DNA of 64,000 nucleotides from Nymphaea colorata (lineage: Eukaryota): positions 5,084,001-5,148,000 of the forward strand of contig NC_045138.2 in assembly GCF_008831285.2 (NCBI RefSeq), written 5' to 3'. The notes beneath the pieces are model-generated. The model was given only the letters and a program-made list of their open reading frames with translations. It was not told where the DNA came from and did no database searches. A program made the translations under genes and the position numbers. Positions 25,946 through 38,247 of the stretch are shown here, piece after piece. Each line of letters begins with the position of its first letter. Within the stretch, counting starts at the first letter, position 1.

Positions 25946-26243
25946 TTATTAATTCAATTTAAAATTAAAATCAAAACTAATCTAAAATGCACATAAAAAT
26001 AAAATGTCGATCTAAAGGTTTTTTTACTGAAAACGGTCGCCTTTGTTACGATTTAATCGGAAAACGGGCGAAGAAAACGAAAAGCGAATATTTCCCGCGC
26101 AGGTGGCTGAAGTGGCAAGGACCCCCTTATTTAAACCCCCTCCTTCTCTTCTCCGCTTTCAGTAGAGTCAGCGTCGCTCTTGCCTCTCGGGGGTTTGCGT
26201 CCTGCTTTCCGAGGGTTTTTTCATCGGAGGCCGTCGATCGAAA

Positions 26244-29200
26244 ATGCCGAAGAGGGGAAAAGAGAGGGAGGAGGACGGGAACCCTAGCTCCGGCGACTCC
26301 GATGGTGACGCGCCGGCGAAGAAGGGCGCCAAGCGGTCGTTTGGCGGCAGCAGCGACGACGGGGTCGTCGTCTGCGAGGTATAATCCCTTGCCTTCTTCT
26401 GTAATCGTTTTCCTTGTTTGCTTTCCTTACCGTGATAGTTTGGGCGGATGTCCTTGCTCCTTTTTCATCCCTTTCGCGGCAGTGAAGCCCTAACCCTTAA
26501 AATTTGTGCAAGGATAGACACGAAATGGTTAGAATATTCAATGATGAATGTTATCATTTCCGCTTTGGTTCCATATAGGTTCGTAGTTATTCACATTTCT
26601 GAACCCTGCCTCTCCTTGCACGAAGACAAGTACGCCCAAGAAATGACGTCAGGAGGGCTTCTGTGATCTTATTTATTTGTTACATCTTGTTATTGTCATA
26701 ATAGATTTCGAGGAATCGGAGGGTATCGGTGAGGGTTTGGCAGGGTAAGCCGACGGTGGATATCCGCGAGTTTTACATGAAAGATGGAAAGCAGATGCCT
26801 GGGAAGAAAGGTTATTCATTTTTCTGCTTTTTCTATTTTATTATTCTTTCTTTTACTTCATTTTCTCATGAGTTGTTAGTTTTTCGGCTTAGCTAGTTTT
26901 CTGCCTGTCCGTTCATTGCTTTTTTGTGTTTGATGAGTTGATAGCCTTTGTGAAATGACTGAAAATGGATACTTATCTTCAGGGGAACTTTATTTTCATG
27001 GTTATACTTCCTTTTTTCAGATCTTTCATTGTTTTCAGTTTATTTTTGGTGGTATCTTTCTTAAGGAATGATAAGATATACAAACAGGATGTCTTACTGC
27101 AAGAATCCCTAACTTGTCAGTGAGCTGCATAAGGAAGATGCTCTACAAGAGGCCTTATATTAGACAAGGATCACTATATACGCTCTGCTGCAATGCAGTT
27201 GAAAATATGTACCTACTGTTTTGGGGTTTGTTTGTTCGTTTCATGACACACTGTTAGGCCGTCTTTTTATGGGCTTGAGCCTTGAACAGCTTCTTTCATA
27301 GACTGAAACATTTGATACCTTGTCACATCGACAAGTCTGCCTTTGCAACATTTCTTGTTCATTGTTGACTGTACAATCTTCTTGAATTGGTGGGTGTGGG
27401 ATTTGCTTAATTAGCTGCACTGGGGACCTGCTTAATTAGCTGCTCATGTAGGGTTTTTGGTTCTGGAATTCATCTTTAGAAGAATTTGTTTCATTGACTG
27501 AAATTTGAGATGGTCATACTAATCAAAAGTATTGCCCAACATTGAAGATAGCCGTTGACATTTTAAAATAAACAAAAAGAAATATACACGGACATGCAGG
27601 ATGACATATATACATACATGTGAAAGAGGTTTTCTTGTTCATTCTTTAAAGGTAGTTAATAATGTCATGATGTTATAGATATTTGTTTTTTTTTTGGCAA
27701 GCTTTGATTATCTGAAGATTTTATAACCTTTTCTTGATATTGTTGTTTTCATTCTTGTTCGGTGATAAAATTGTTGTATTCTCAAAATATTGCTTATGTT
27801 GGCAGCTATCACAGAAACATTTGAATGTCTTCTTGTGTGCAGCTTTTCTTGGATAATATCTTCCACTTGTTCAGTTGGCTGCTCATATGGGATTCAACCT
27901 GAATACAACACACACGCACACACACAACACATTCTCCTTGTTCTGTTTCTAAACAGTAGCCCCCTTGGTGATTGTAGATTTTCATGGGGGGCACTTGGTC
28001 TGATGCTTTTCTATTCGCTTCCATTTTTTTTATGAATTTGATGCATGATCATTTTAAATTGTGCTTCCTAAACATAAAAAACATGTGGGTTTTAGAGACA
28101 CTCTATTTATTCAATGTTCAAAAAAAAGATACCCGGTCACACGACAGAGAAATTACACATGCATGGATATAAAAAGTGTTCTAGATGCTTCCTCCCAATC
28201 TTTTTGGTTGAACAATCAGTCAGCTGACTAGATGTCTGGTTGGACCAATTTCTGGTCTGGCATTTAGTAAATGTTTCATCGTTGACCAACTAGAGATGTT
28301 TGGTACATACTGAAAAAAATGGGTTTTTATTAGTTTTTTTTTTGCATTTTAAGATGTGTACTCATTTAAGATGTTGTTTAATTGAAGCTATAGATTTTAT
28401 ATGATATAGATTCTGGCAGCAATGTACAAAACCTATATAGTTTACAAGTATATATAGAAGCATGCAATCATATATATGTCTGTGTTTTCTTGTACCTCCT
28501 TATTGGTTTTATTTTAGTCAACTGACTTGGACTAGCTGAAACTGACTAGTCTTAAGGTCTCAAGACTCTCAACTGACCTGTGTTTGATGTAACGATTTTT
28601 TGATTACTGAGCCCACAATTTATGCACCTGAAGAAAACATACAACATGTTTGATCTGAAGTTCAGTGGATGAACACAAAATCATACTGACAGTCGGTAAG
28701 ATCAATCATGCAATACTGTCCAAGGAAAGGTTTTTTTTTTTTTTTTAATGAGAGTATTTAACAAGTTATTAAGTTCTTCTAATTTGATAAAATTTTATGA
28801 GAGTGCTTGTGGAAGGTATTTTAAAATCCTCATAATATTGGAATGACCCAGTGAATGGAATATGTTTGAACTTTGAATGGCACTGTTGTTGTTAATGACC
28901 ATCAGACCATGTATTGGGCACTAATGCATCTAGCTCCTTGGCCAGTTAAAAAAATACCAGTTGCCAGTTATACTGTGTGGCATAGACACGTATCCATATA
29001 GAAGATTATAACCATTTTTGTTTTACAAAATATAATTGTTACAAACATCATTTGTGCAGTGTGAAACATGTATTTTAGAAACTCGTTTTTTCATTTTCTT
29101 TTCTAAGGCAAAGTTCACTGCTCTATGGTATTGGATACTGGAAATTGCTTGGCGTTCCTATGTCAATTGTGGTACTTTGTTAGATGCGATTTCTGGATAT

Positions 29201-30456
29201 TTATTTTCACAGATAAGAAGCCAGTCTTTCTAAAAACGTGTGTATGTGTTGCATTTTAAAATGGTGCTTGGAGAGGCTGCATTAGAACAACTTTGAGAAC
29301 TAAGGCTCTATTAGGGAACTTTTAGCTGGCCATCTCTCTGTATTTAACTAAAAAAGTGGTTCAATAACTATTAATTCCTAGAAATGGTACCCGCAATTGG
29401 CAGCTACCCCATTCCCTAGTGCATGACATTTTAAACACCAGCGAAAACCATGGTTAGTCTGCAGACTCACAATTTAGTGATAATTTCGATTAATGCAAGA
29501 ACTAATATAACCTGGCTCTTCTGTCAATCTGCATGCTTATCTTTTTTGTATTTTAGTGATATTATGGAGGGGATGCACATGACTGAGCTGCGAGCTTGGA
29601 CTGTTGAAGCATGTCTCTGATGCTGCAAGCACATGACTGAGCTGCGAGCTTGGACTGTTGAAGCATGTCTCTGATGCTGCAAACTGAAGCTCAAGAATTT
29701 CTTGAACTCAAGCAGCATAGAACAATCTCATGCTTGTGATTTTTTACTCAAAAATTCTATTCTGTAAGTAAAATTGCAAATATTCACGTGGAACAATCAT
29801 AACAGAAATTGCTAGTAGGCACCTGTTTGATGATCTCTCGCTAAATTTTTTGCATATGCAAAACAGCACATCTTTTAGAGGCCAGTGTATCCATAGCTAA
29901 TTAGGAAGTTAATGCTCTTTCAAGCAACAATTCTATACTTATAACATTTAAGGTAACATCTAAACCATCAATTAGATTGTTCTTCATGCTTGAACCCTTC
30001 TTCCAGCCTCTTGGAGCATGAAAGATCTTAAGGTTTCCGTCATTGTATTAAGTTATTCTGAAGTTTTATAACTTGTAATAGTTTTGGTCCTTTTGAATCA
30101 TTTTTGAGCCTTCGGTATGCAATTGTGCATGCTTTTTTTATTGTTAAAGCTAAATTGGATGTCACCTTCTGAATGGCAAAATGTGGATCTGTTTATTTGA
30201 AGTCCCAACTTTTTTTGTGATTACTCATGATCAAGTGGAAAATAACAATACTATTTTCCTTCCTTCTTTTTGCCCCCTCCAGGCATATCTCTATCTCTGG
30301 ATCAGGTATACTTATTTCTTTTCTGCTTCTATTTGCCTACATATTTTACCTTCAGTCTCTTCTGTAGTTTATACTGTTGCTCTCTCTTCTTGCTAGTGGA
30401 AAATTTTGCGTGACAATTTGGAGAAAATTGACAAGGCAGTGACGGAGAATTCTTAG
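26244..30456 (+). CDS. KIWI: RNA polymerase II transcriptional coactivator KIWI (PC4/Sub1 ssDNA-binding domain), 107 aa, 4 exons
   Basis: Exons 26244-26378, 26705-26810, 30283-30305 and 30397-30456 (GT-AG, in frame) give MPKRGKERE..VVCEISRNRRVSVRVWQGKPTVDIREFYMKDGKQMPGKKGISLSLDQWKILRDNLEKIDKAVTENS*. Not visible in the ORF track because the exons are short. Confidence 0.93.
29575..29682. repeat. Perfect 54-bp tandem duplication in KIWI intron 2
   Basis: GCACATGACTGAGC...GATGCTGCAA twice. Confidence 0.95.
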
Positions 30457-33454
30457 TGTAAGTGGACATCTTTTTAGTCACAGAATGGTTCTTAACGTTG
30501 ATTACATTCTCATGCCCTTTTAGGGCAATGGATGTGTTTTGTACCTTTCTCTCTAACCTGATCCTTTTGATATGTCTGGAGGTAGCTTGAAGCTCTTGGT
30601 CTATACTAGTTTGTTCATGGTCTGTATATTAAGCTTTTGTTGCTAGACACATTGCAGTGTTGTTCTTATGTGCAAGTCAAGATTTCTAGTGTATGTAGTT
30701 GCATAATTTTAGTTGTAATAGAATATGCTTCGTTTTTTTGCACTAATTTCCAATTTAACTAGTTGGTCCACGGATACAGAAACTGTGATTAAGCTTCTGA
30801 AACGGGTAATTCATACATAGTTGGGTGGTGTTCTCTATCCATTTGTTGCGTGCAGCCATCACAATTCAAGCCTACATTTCCATGCACACTTTGCTCCATG
30901 TCACATTAGAAAGGTCAGCTGCCCTTTTGCTGGGGTAAGAGAATTGAGCCCTTGTGTGGTGCCTGGTTACATGTAACTGTTTATGCTTCAAATTTTCAGA
31001 GGAATTATGTTTCTTCTATCTTTCTGTAACTTAGGCATTAGATCAGATATTTTCTGGTGATTTTACATGGAGCAGGTTTATGGGTTACATGCATGGCCCT
31101 AGTGTATGCACGGGCCAAACTGCCCCTCACAAGCCTGTGTGTGGGGACGTGGATTTGAGTGTGTGCATCGAGCATGTGGTCCGTCATCTTCTCTTTCTGA
31201 GAGCTTTTGGACCATAAGAGGGATCCTGGCCTTATAGATAACGTGTCTTGTAACGTTACCGTGTTACTGCAGTCTAGGTTGGTTTAAGCGCGGAAGAGAT
31301 GTTCTTTGTATTGATTTTGGGTACGGCTGCATGTTCATTGGGACCGAGAGAGAGCTGCTTATTTTTCTTTTTACTGATTTCTAGTGATCTTTAGGAGCTA
31401 AATGATTGTCCCTTTTGGTCTATTCACGAATTGAACATAAAAAGAAACTCAGAGAGTGTTTATGAGAACATTGTGTTTCTAAAATGTTCTTATAACACAT
31501 GATCTAAGATCATCCTGATCTTACTCCCAAGAAATATGGCGTGATTACAGATTCTAGTGTTTGATATATTAACACTGTCTTTTCCAGAACAAAAATAGTC
31601 TGATTGCAGTAGCTTTCAAAAAGGTTCATTGGTCCAAATTGCTCGAAGCTCAAGCCTTAAAAGCTTAAAGCTGGCAATTCAGAAAAATACAAATAAGACG
31701 TAAGCCTGGAGGCGAAAGAGTTTTTTGAGGCATAAACTTTATTGCATCTAAGATCAAATATTAAAATAAGTTTGATGGCTTTTCGATAGGGCATGCATAA
31801 ATTTTTGAAGTCATTTTGTTGTTTTTCAGAAAATACTTTGTAGGCACTCATTTTCTAAACTCAACAAATTTCATTTGCTGGAAGCAGGTTACTTTTTTAG
31901 GGCATTTTACCAGTGGAATTCCTCAACCACTAGGCGCCACATGTTACAGATTGGCACATGACGTCAGTTGGTTGGGTCATTCTACGTTGCATGTGAAATG
32001 TCTTGGAGGACAAGTCACCCTCTTTTGTCTTCCAGAGCCCAAAAAAGGCACAGTAGTGAAGAGTCTGTGACAAACGTGATGTTGAAACTTAGAAGGCCTT
32101 CAATCAAGTCTCAATTAATGTTTACTCAATATTTGATCTTCCTGAAAACCGACGTAAAACTCTTTGAGTTTCTCTCGCCGTCCTAGAAAAAATAATGCAA
32201 AAGCATGGGCAAATTTTTATATTGTCAAAAATAACCATAAGTTTTCGATCCTTGTTAAAAAAATCGTTTTAATTCATCCTAAGTTAACAGCAACTTAGGT
32301 TTGAAGGTTATAAAGCTCAAACACCTTCAGTCAACACAAATACAAAAAATCAATGATTTGTCATGGTCTCTTGAACCATACGTACTAATATTAGGGAAAT
32401 GTCATATTTCCAGCGTACCTCTTGTCTATGATCCCAAAATAAGAACACCTTTTATAAATTTCTTAACAAGAACTTTTTTTTTTTTAACACAGTAAGGACT
32501 TGAAATAAGTTTCCGCTAACATAAAAAACGGAGATGGTTGAAATGGTAATTACATAATCTAGTAATTGAGGGAAATATTAAAAAACTGCAGCTGATACTT
32601 TCCATTTCTCGAGTTAAGAAGGATTTAGATGACAACATTAATCCAAACTGCAGACTGTATTGAAAGGTGGCGAAAAAGTGGTTTTTCCTCAATAATAGGC
32701 AAACGGTAGACCTAGAAAAAAAATCTTAATGTTCTACATAATTAACTCAATCCATGTATCTAGTTAATAAATTAAATATAAATTAATTGAATGCTGAACA
32801 TATTCTCTTTATTCATGCTAGAAATTATCCTACAGTAACTTAAATATATCTACAATGATAGAAATGTTTCATTTTTAAAGGGCAAAACAGCCTCATGGTT
32901 CCTTCCCATTAACCATGAAAAAAAATTAAGTATATTTCAACAGTCGCCACAAAAGTTCGATGTCTTTTTATAATGCCAAATCTTTAGATTCATCTTGGAA
33001 AATAAACCCTAAAGAAAGCATTGCACGATTTGTCAAATCGCTCATATCTTTTCCTATTTCATGTGGCATGATAAATTTATGTCCAACCATGCCAACGTGA
33101 ACTGTGAATTCAAGATTTGATGTTCCCAGTATGCCAAATCTTTCTCTCTCTGGATTTTTGCCAATACTCTTCAATAGCTTTGCATGTTTTTTGCTCTTTC
33201 AATATTCTCAGTAATGCACAATAAAACTGGTTTAGAAAGTTATATTACTTTAAAATAAAAACGCAAATTATTTTCATAACAGTTCCAACAAGTTATTTGA
33301 CGAATATCAGCTAGGAAGCTCATATGAGTCAGCCTGGGATGAGACAAGGCCAACTTCAATCGGATTGAGTTAAGCCGACCATTCACTATTTCTGTTCTTT
33401 TAGTAATGTTCATTTTATTAGTTCAAGTGTAATATTGTTTCCAGCTTTCAGGGG

Positions 33455-33636
33455 ACATAGCATAGTTGGTCAGGCTGATGGGCCGATGAAAAACAAGTCA
33501 TCAGTTTGATTCACTATTCTTTTAGATAGCAAACGTTGACAAACAACATAGCATAGTTGGTCAAGCTGATGGGCCGATGAAAAACAAGTCATCAGTTTGA
33601 TTCACTATTCTTTTAGATAGCAAACGTTGACAAACA
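33455..33636. repeat. 91-bp tandem duplication
   Basis: ACATAGCATAGTTGGTCA...GTTGACAAACA twice, near identical. Confidence 0.93.
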
Positions 33637-35180
33637 CCCTCTTAATTTAAAGAAAGTGACTATAAGTTCAGCTAGATCCTAAAAAATCCTAAACCTTGGG
33701 AGCAAGAGAAAGGGAGAGAGACTTGGGTCCTCTTCGGATATCCATAACCCATATTGTTTTGAAATTAAAGATTTCCAAACACTTTTCAATTCCTACTTAT
33801 TCGAACATGGAATTGTAGATAAGAAAGTTTAAGATTTACGAGCTGAAAAAAATCAAAACACTTGGAAACTTATACAACGTTCCAAATTTATAAAATGGAA
33901 ATCAAAATAAAGCAGACCAATGAGAATTTAAGCTCTGAAAAACTTGTTACTTAAAAACTAAGACAATGTTCCAATTTTTTTTTTCCATGTTGTCAACAAA
34001 CACTAGATGGAAATCTAGGGGATCATAATCCAAGTTCAACAAACGCGCCCACATTTTGGAATGGAGATGCAAATCCCCATTCTACTGATTCCTGTATTCA
34101 AAACCTGAGATTTGAATCCCAAGATTTCAATCCTAGTGCTGGCAAACGCTACCTTAGTGCAAAACTGGCTTATGAGCACGGACCCGTGTTGATTTATAAC
34201 AGGTTATTTGACATTTTCTAATCAATAAACAATTTTAAATATTAAATAACAAAAAATGATTGATATTTTTAAAATGGTTATCGGTCAAAACTGTTTTTGT
34301 TTGCATTGTTACTCACAACAGGTCATGTTCATTCATAAGTTCATAACTATTAATTAAATAATTTCAAACTGAGAGGCAATTTATCGTTTGTTTAATCAAT
34401 GGTGAAAGTTAAAAATATACGGCTACAAATATTAACAAAGGTTTATAATGCAACAAGTTCTTTTAACAAAAGTTTGTAATGTACTTAGCATGAATATTAA
34501 CAAAGCCTTATGGTGCAACAAGTGCTTGCAACAACATTTTGTAATATATTCAGTGAGACAACTTTTAATGTTTAGCCATTCGGCAAAAATGTGCATTTCC
34601 GACAGAGAATTGCTTGGCCATTGTTTCTAATAACAAAATACACATTTTGCGATGATTTTTTGTAACACATAAAAATATAACCATCCAATCATAGAGATAG
34701 GGTCACCCAACCATATAATTAAGGTCTTTCTTCTAAAGTAGATGAATGATTGAAGGAAAAAAGAAAATATGTGAATTAATACTAGATGACAAAAATGCTT
34801 ATCATTTTTTTCTTGTCAATTTTCTTTTTGACCATCATTAGATCAGATGACGGAGGTTAATTAGAGTATATATAGAAAATGATAAACGAAAGACCTTATA
34901 TAATTTCTTTTGCCAAAGCTGATGTTGGAGATGGCCGATGGAGCATATTTCCTTACTCTAACATTGGGAGGCTTCTTACAAATATCCGCAGCTTAAGCCC
35001 CTGTTAGTAAGTTATGGCGGTTGTAGAATTTTTGCTCGCCGAGAACAAAACAGAAAATGCGGAGGGGAGATTGCTAACGTGGATGGTATTGGACTTCTCA
35101 CTGACCATTTAACAAATACTATTGAAGAGAGCCCCTTTTTCCTTTTTCACGTACCCACCTTCCTCTCGTCCCGGGATATA

Positions 35181-37088
35181 ATGGCGGTGTCTTTTAATCC
35201 TTCTGGCAGGGTAAGTTTTCCCTTGCTATTCATTCCTGTTTCGCTATCTTATGTGATGATTTCCTCCATTATTCTTCTTCTTGGTAGTGAGTTATTGTGT
35301 TCACTGGTTCATTTGCGTGTTTTCTGAGAAAAAATCCTAACCACAATCTTGAGTTCATTTAGAAAGGGAAGCCCTACTACTGGCATTCAATGGGAACCAT
35401 TTGGAACTCAAAATCCTTTCGTGGGGAGCAGTTAGTTACTTACTTTTCCGTAATTTATATCCATTTATTGTGTGAAGCGGCACAATTTGATGCGTGATAT
35501 GCGTTATTGGAGGTGTTACTTACTTTCCGTAATTTCTATCAATTTATCGTGTGAAGCGGCACAATTTGGTGCATGAAATGCGTTATTGGAGGTGTAGACA
35601 AAGAGTAAAGAGAATGTCTTGGTTGGAGATTTGAGTAAGTTTTTATGGGTATGGTGAACCCAAGATATTGGCATAAAGCAGGCGCATGTCGGCCAAACAA
35701 ATTGTTGAAGTGACAGCTTAGGTAACCCTGTAGCGGAAAGTGATAAGTGCATAAGTTCCACCGTAGAATTGCCACCGTGGTCTAAATTCCAAGTTCCAAA
35801 ATGTGATCTCCAAGATCGTAAACGGCAGTCTGCTATATTTGATATACATTTGTTCGTTTAAACATGCATGATATGTTTTATCTTCAAATTTCATAACTGC
35901 GCCCTTTTCCAGTACAAAGTTCAGGATTTATGGACTGTTTGCATTTGAGTAGATCCTCCAAGAAACTTCAATTACATAGAATTGGTTGCAAAATGAGGTA
36001 TGAGGATTGCTGGACCATTCACATTTGAATAAATCCTGCAAGGCGTTTCAATTACATAAACTTGTCCGTGGCACAAATGAGTATGATTTATTTTTTTTTC
36101 CTTCGTACCTTTTGTGTTGTTTTTATCTACCAAACTTTGAGGAGCTGTCTGGTGGTGCTTATTAGTGATAATTAGTCATACTGAGGAACAAAATGGTGAT
36201 AATAAACATTAGTTAATAATTTCTTTATGATGCTTGAGGCAAGTTACTTGCTAACTGATATTGTTACAAAAATTTAAAGTTCCCTGTGCATGAGTTTAAG
36301 CTTAAGATGTAGTCTGCATATGGAATTTCAAGCTAAAGGGTTTACTGTATCAATGGCAATTTATTTACTGCTTCCATTACCATGCAGCTTTTTAGGAGTT
36401 GTGAAAGAGTCTTTGGAAGAGCCATCGAGGGTAAGCCCTTTTTCTTTGGATTGGCTGAGAATGTCATTTACAATAAAAAGGAAAAATTGATCATGGATAT
36501 GGTATCTTATGATTATTTGGAAAAATTTCAAAAGAACAACCAGATATTACAATCGGAAAAACGAACTAAGGTCTCATTATTGGTAATGACACCCGATGCT
36601 TTTCAGGTCAGTAATGGAGCTACATGTACGCTGGTATAGACAGTTACCTAGACCAGCACACAAATTTTTTAAATTTCATATGGATGTCTTCAACTTTTGT
36701 GTATTTATATGTATTGGTGCCCCTTAAGATATGAAAATTTTTGAAATAGTGCCCCTTAGCGCAAAATGTCTATTTGTAGTAGAAGTAAATTTTTTTGCCC
36801 ATTAAACATAAAAGAATAATGATTCCTAAAATGGTGCCCATGAGAAGAAGGAACAACCAAGCATTTCCAGCGATCTGACTAAAAAAGAATTGACAAGATA
36901 TGCCTGGTCGATTTGAATTAAAACGAAAAACTGTCCTCTTAAAAACCACCACAGAATGCAGTCGACATCATAGAGGAGCCTGTGGATATGTTCTCTCTTG
37001 GATAGGGCAAGGTAAAAAAAGCTTCATCAAGGAATTGGGATGGTAAAGGAGAAGATAGTCAGCGACAGATGACTACTAGCCACAGAGA

Positions 37089-37134
<46 letters not shown>

Positions 37135-38211
37135 CTTGACAACAAGGATGATGAAGCAAGTCGAATTACTACAAGGCTGTAGATGTTAATTGTTAAAGAG
37201 GCGAAGAAAACATGCAGCATGTAAATTCAATAATCAAGACTAAGAAAGCAAGGTAACTTCGAGGGTTCTCTAGTCATTTAATTCATTATCTTGTATCTAA
37301 GATAACCCATGTTGTTTTTGGTTAGCAGTCCAGAACTCGGGTGCTTTTAAAAATATCAAAACCTTGTCGTGCTTTATATTGTCATCAAAACTTTAGTTTT
37401 GTTTATGAAAGTTTCTACAATCACTTTACTTTTTCTTTATTCTTATCATTTTTAATATCTTACCAATATGCTTATGTCACCATTGATCTCCTTGGTGTTG
37501 GCCTGTAGCTGGCAGGTGCATGGGAATTCATCTCAATTTGTTACCATTCTTGGGTTTGAAGGTTGGACCATTTTCTGGCCTTTACGGTGGAAATATTACT
37601 TATAAGATATGCTTTGCCAAGTCTATGACAACACAGTACAGATCCCCCAAGCCTGTATTGGCTACAGTCAATGACAAGAAGGTTGTAGGAGCTTTTTTGA
37701 AAGACAGAAAGTTGGTTCCTCCGTGTGACCCTCCTAGTGCGAAAGACATTAACCTTTTGCATGAATTTATTGATAAGAGGTCTATTTTCTGGAAACGTCT
37801 TCTTTAGTTTTAGTTTGTTTGTCTAAGATACTTATCTAGATATGGTTTTTGTATACATGGGTTGCCTAATATCCCTGAATCCTTTTACTAACTAGGATTG
37901 CAGTCATAAGCTTATGGTGTTGACCGGAGCAGGAATGAGTACTGAGTGTGGGATTCCTGACTATAGAAGGTAGTTTTTAGTTTCTATAGTTCTTCATGTT
38001 AAAAACCAAATTAGTAGATGGTGACTATATATTTGACTATATATTATTGGATATATTTGTTGTCTGGAATATATTTTGAGAACTGCATTTATTAGGTTTG
38101 TTAATCCTCTATTCAAATCAGTATTCTATGCTATGTCACATAGGTACGGGTGCGGGTGCCGGTACGGGTACCAATCATTTTCCAAAAACTTGGGTGCGGG
38201 GGTACGGCTGT

Positions 38212-38247
<36 letters not shown>

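Noticed and set aside
8260..25960. Target-site duplication around the inverted-repeat cassette
   Set aside because: The flanks (...ATTCGCTCGAT and TTATTAATTC...) share no direct repeat, so a TIR-transposon call is not supported.
25987..26493. 168-aa ORF
   Set aside because: Alternative frame over the GC-rich KIWI exon 1 and UTR; the spliced KIWI frame explains the region.
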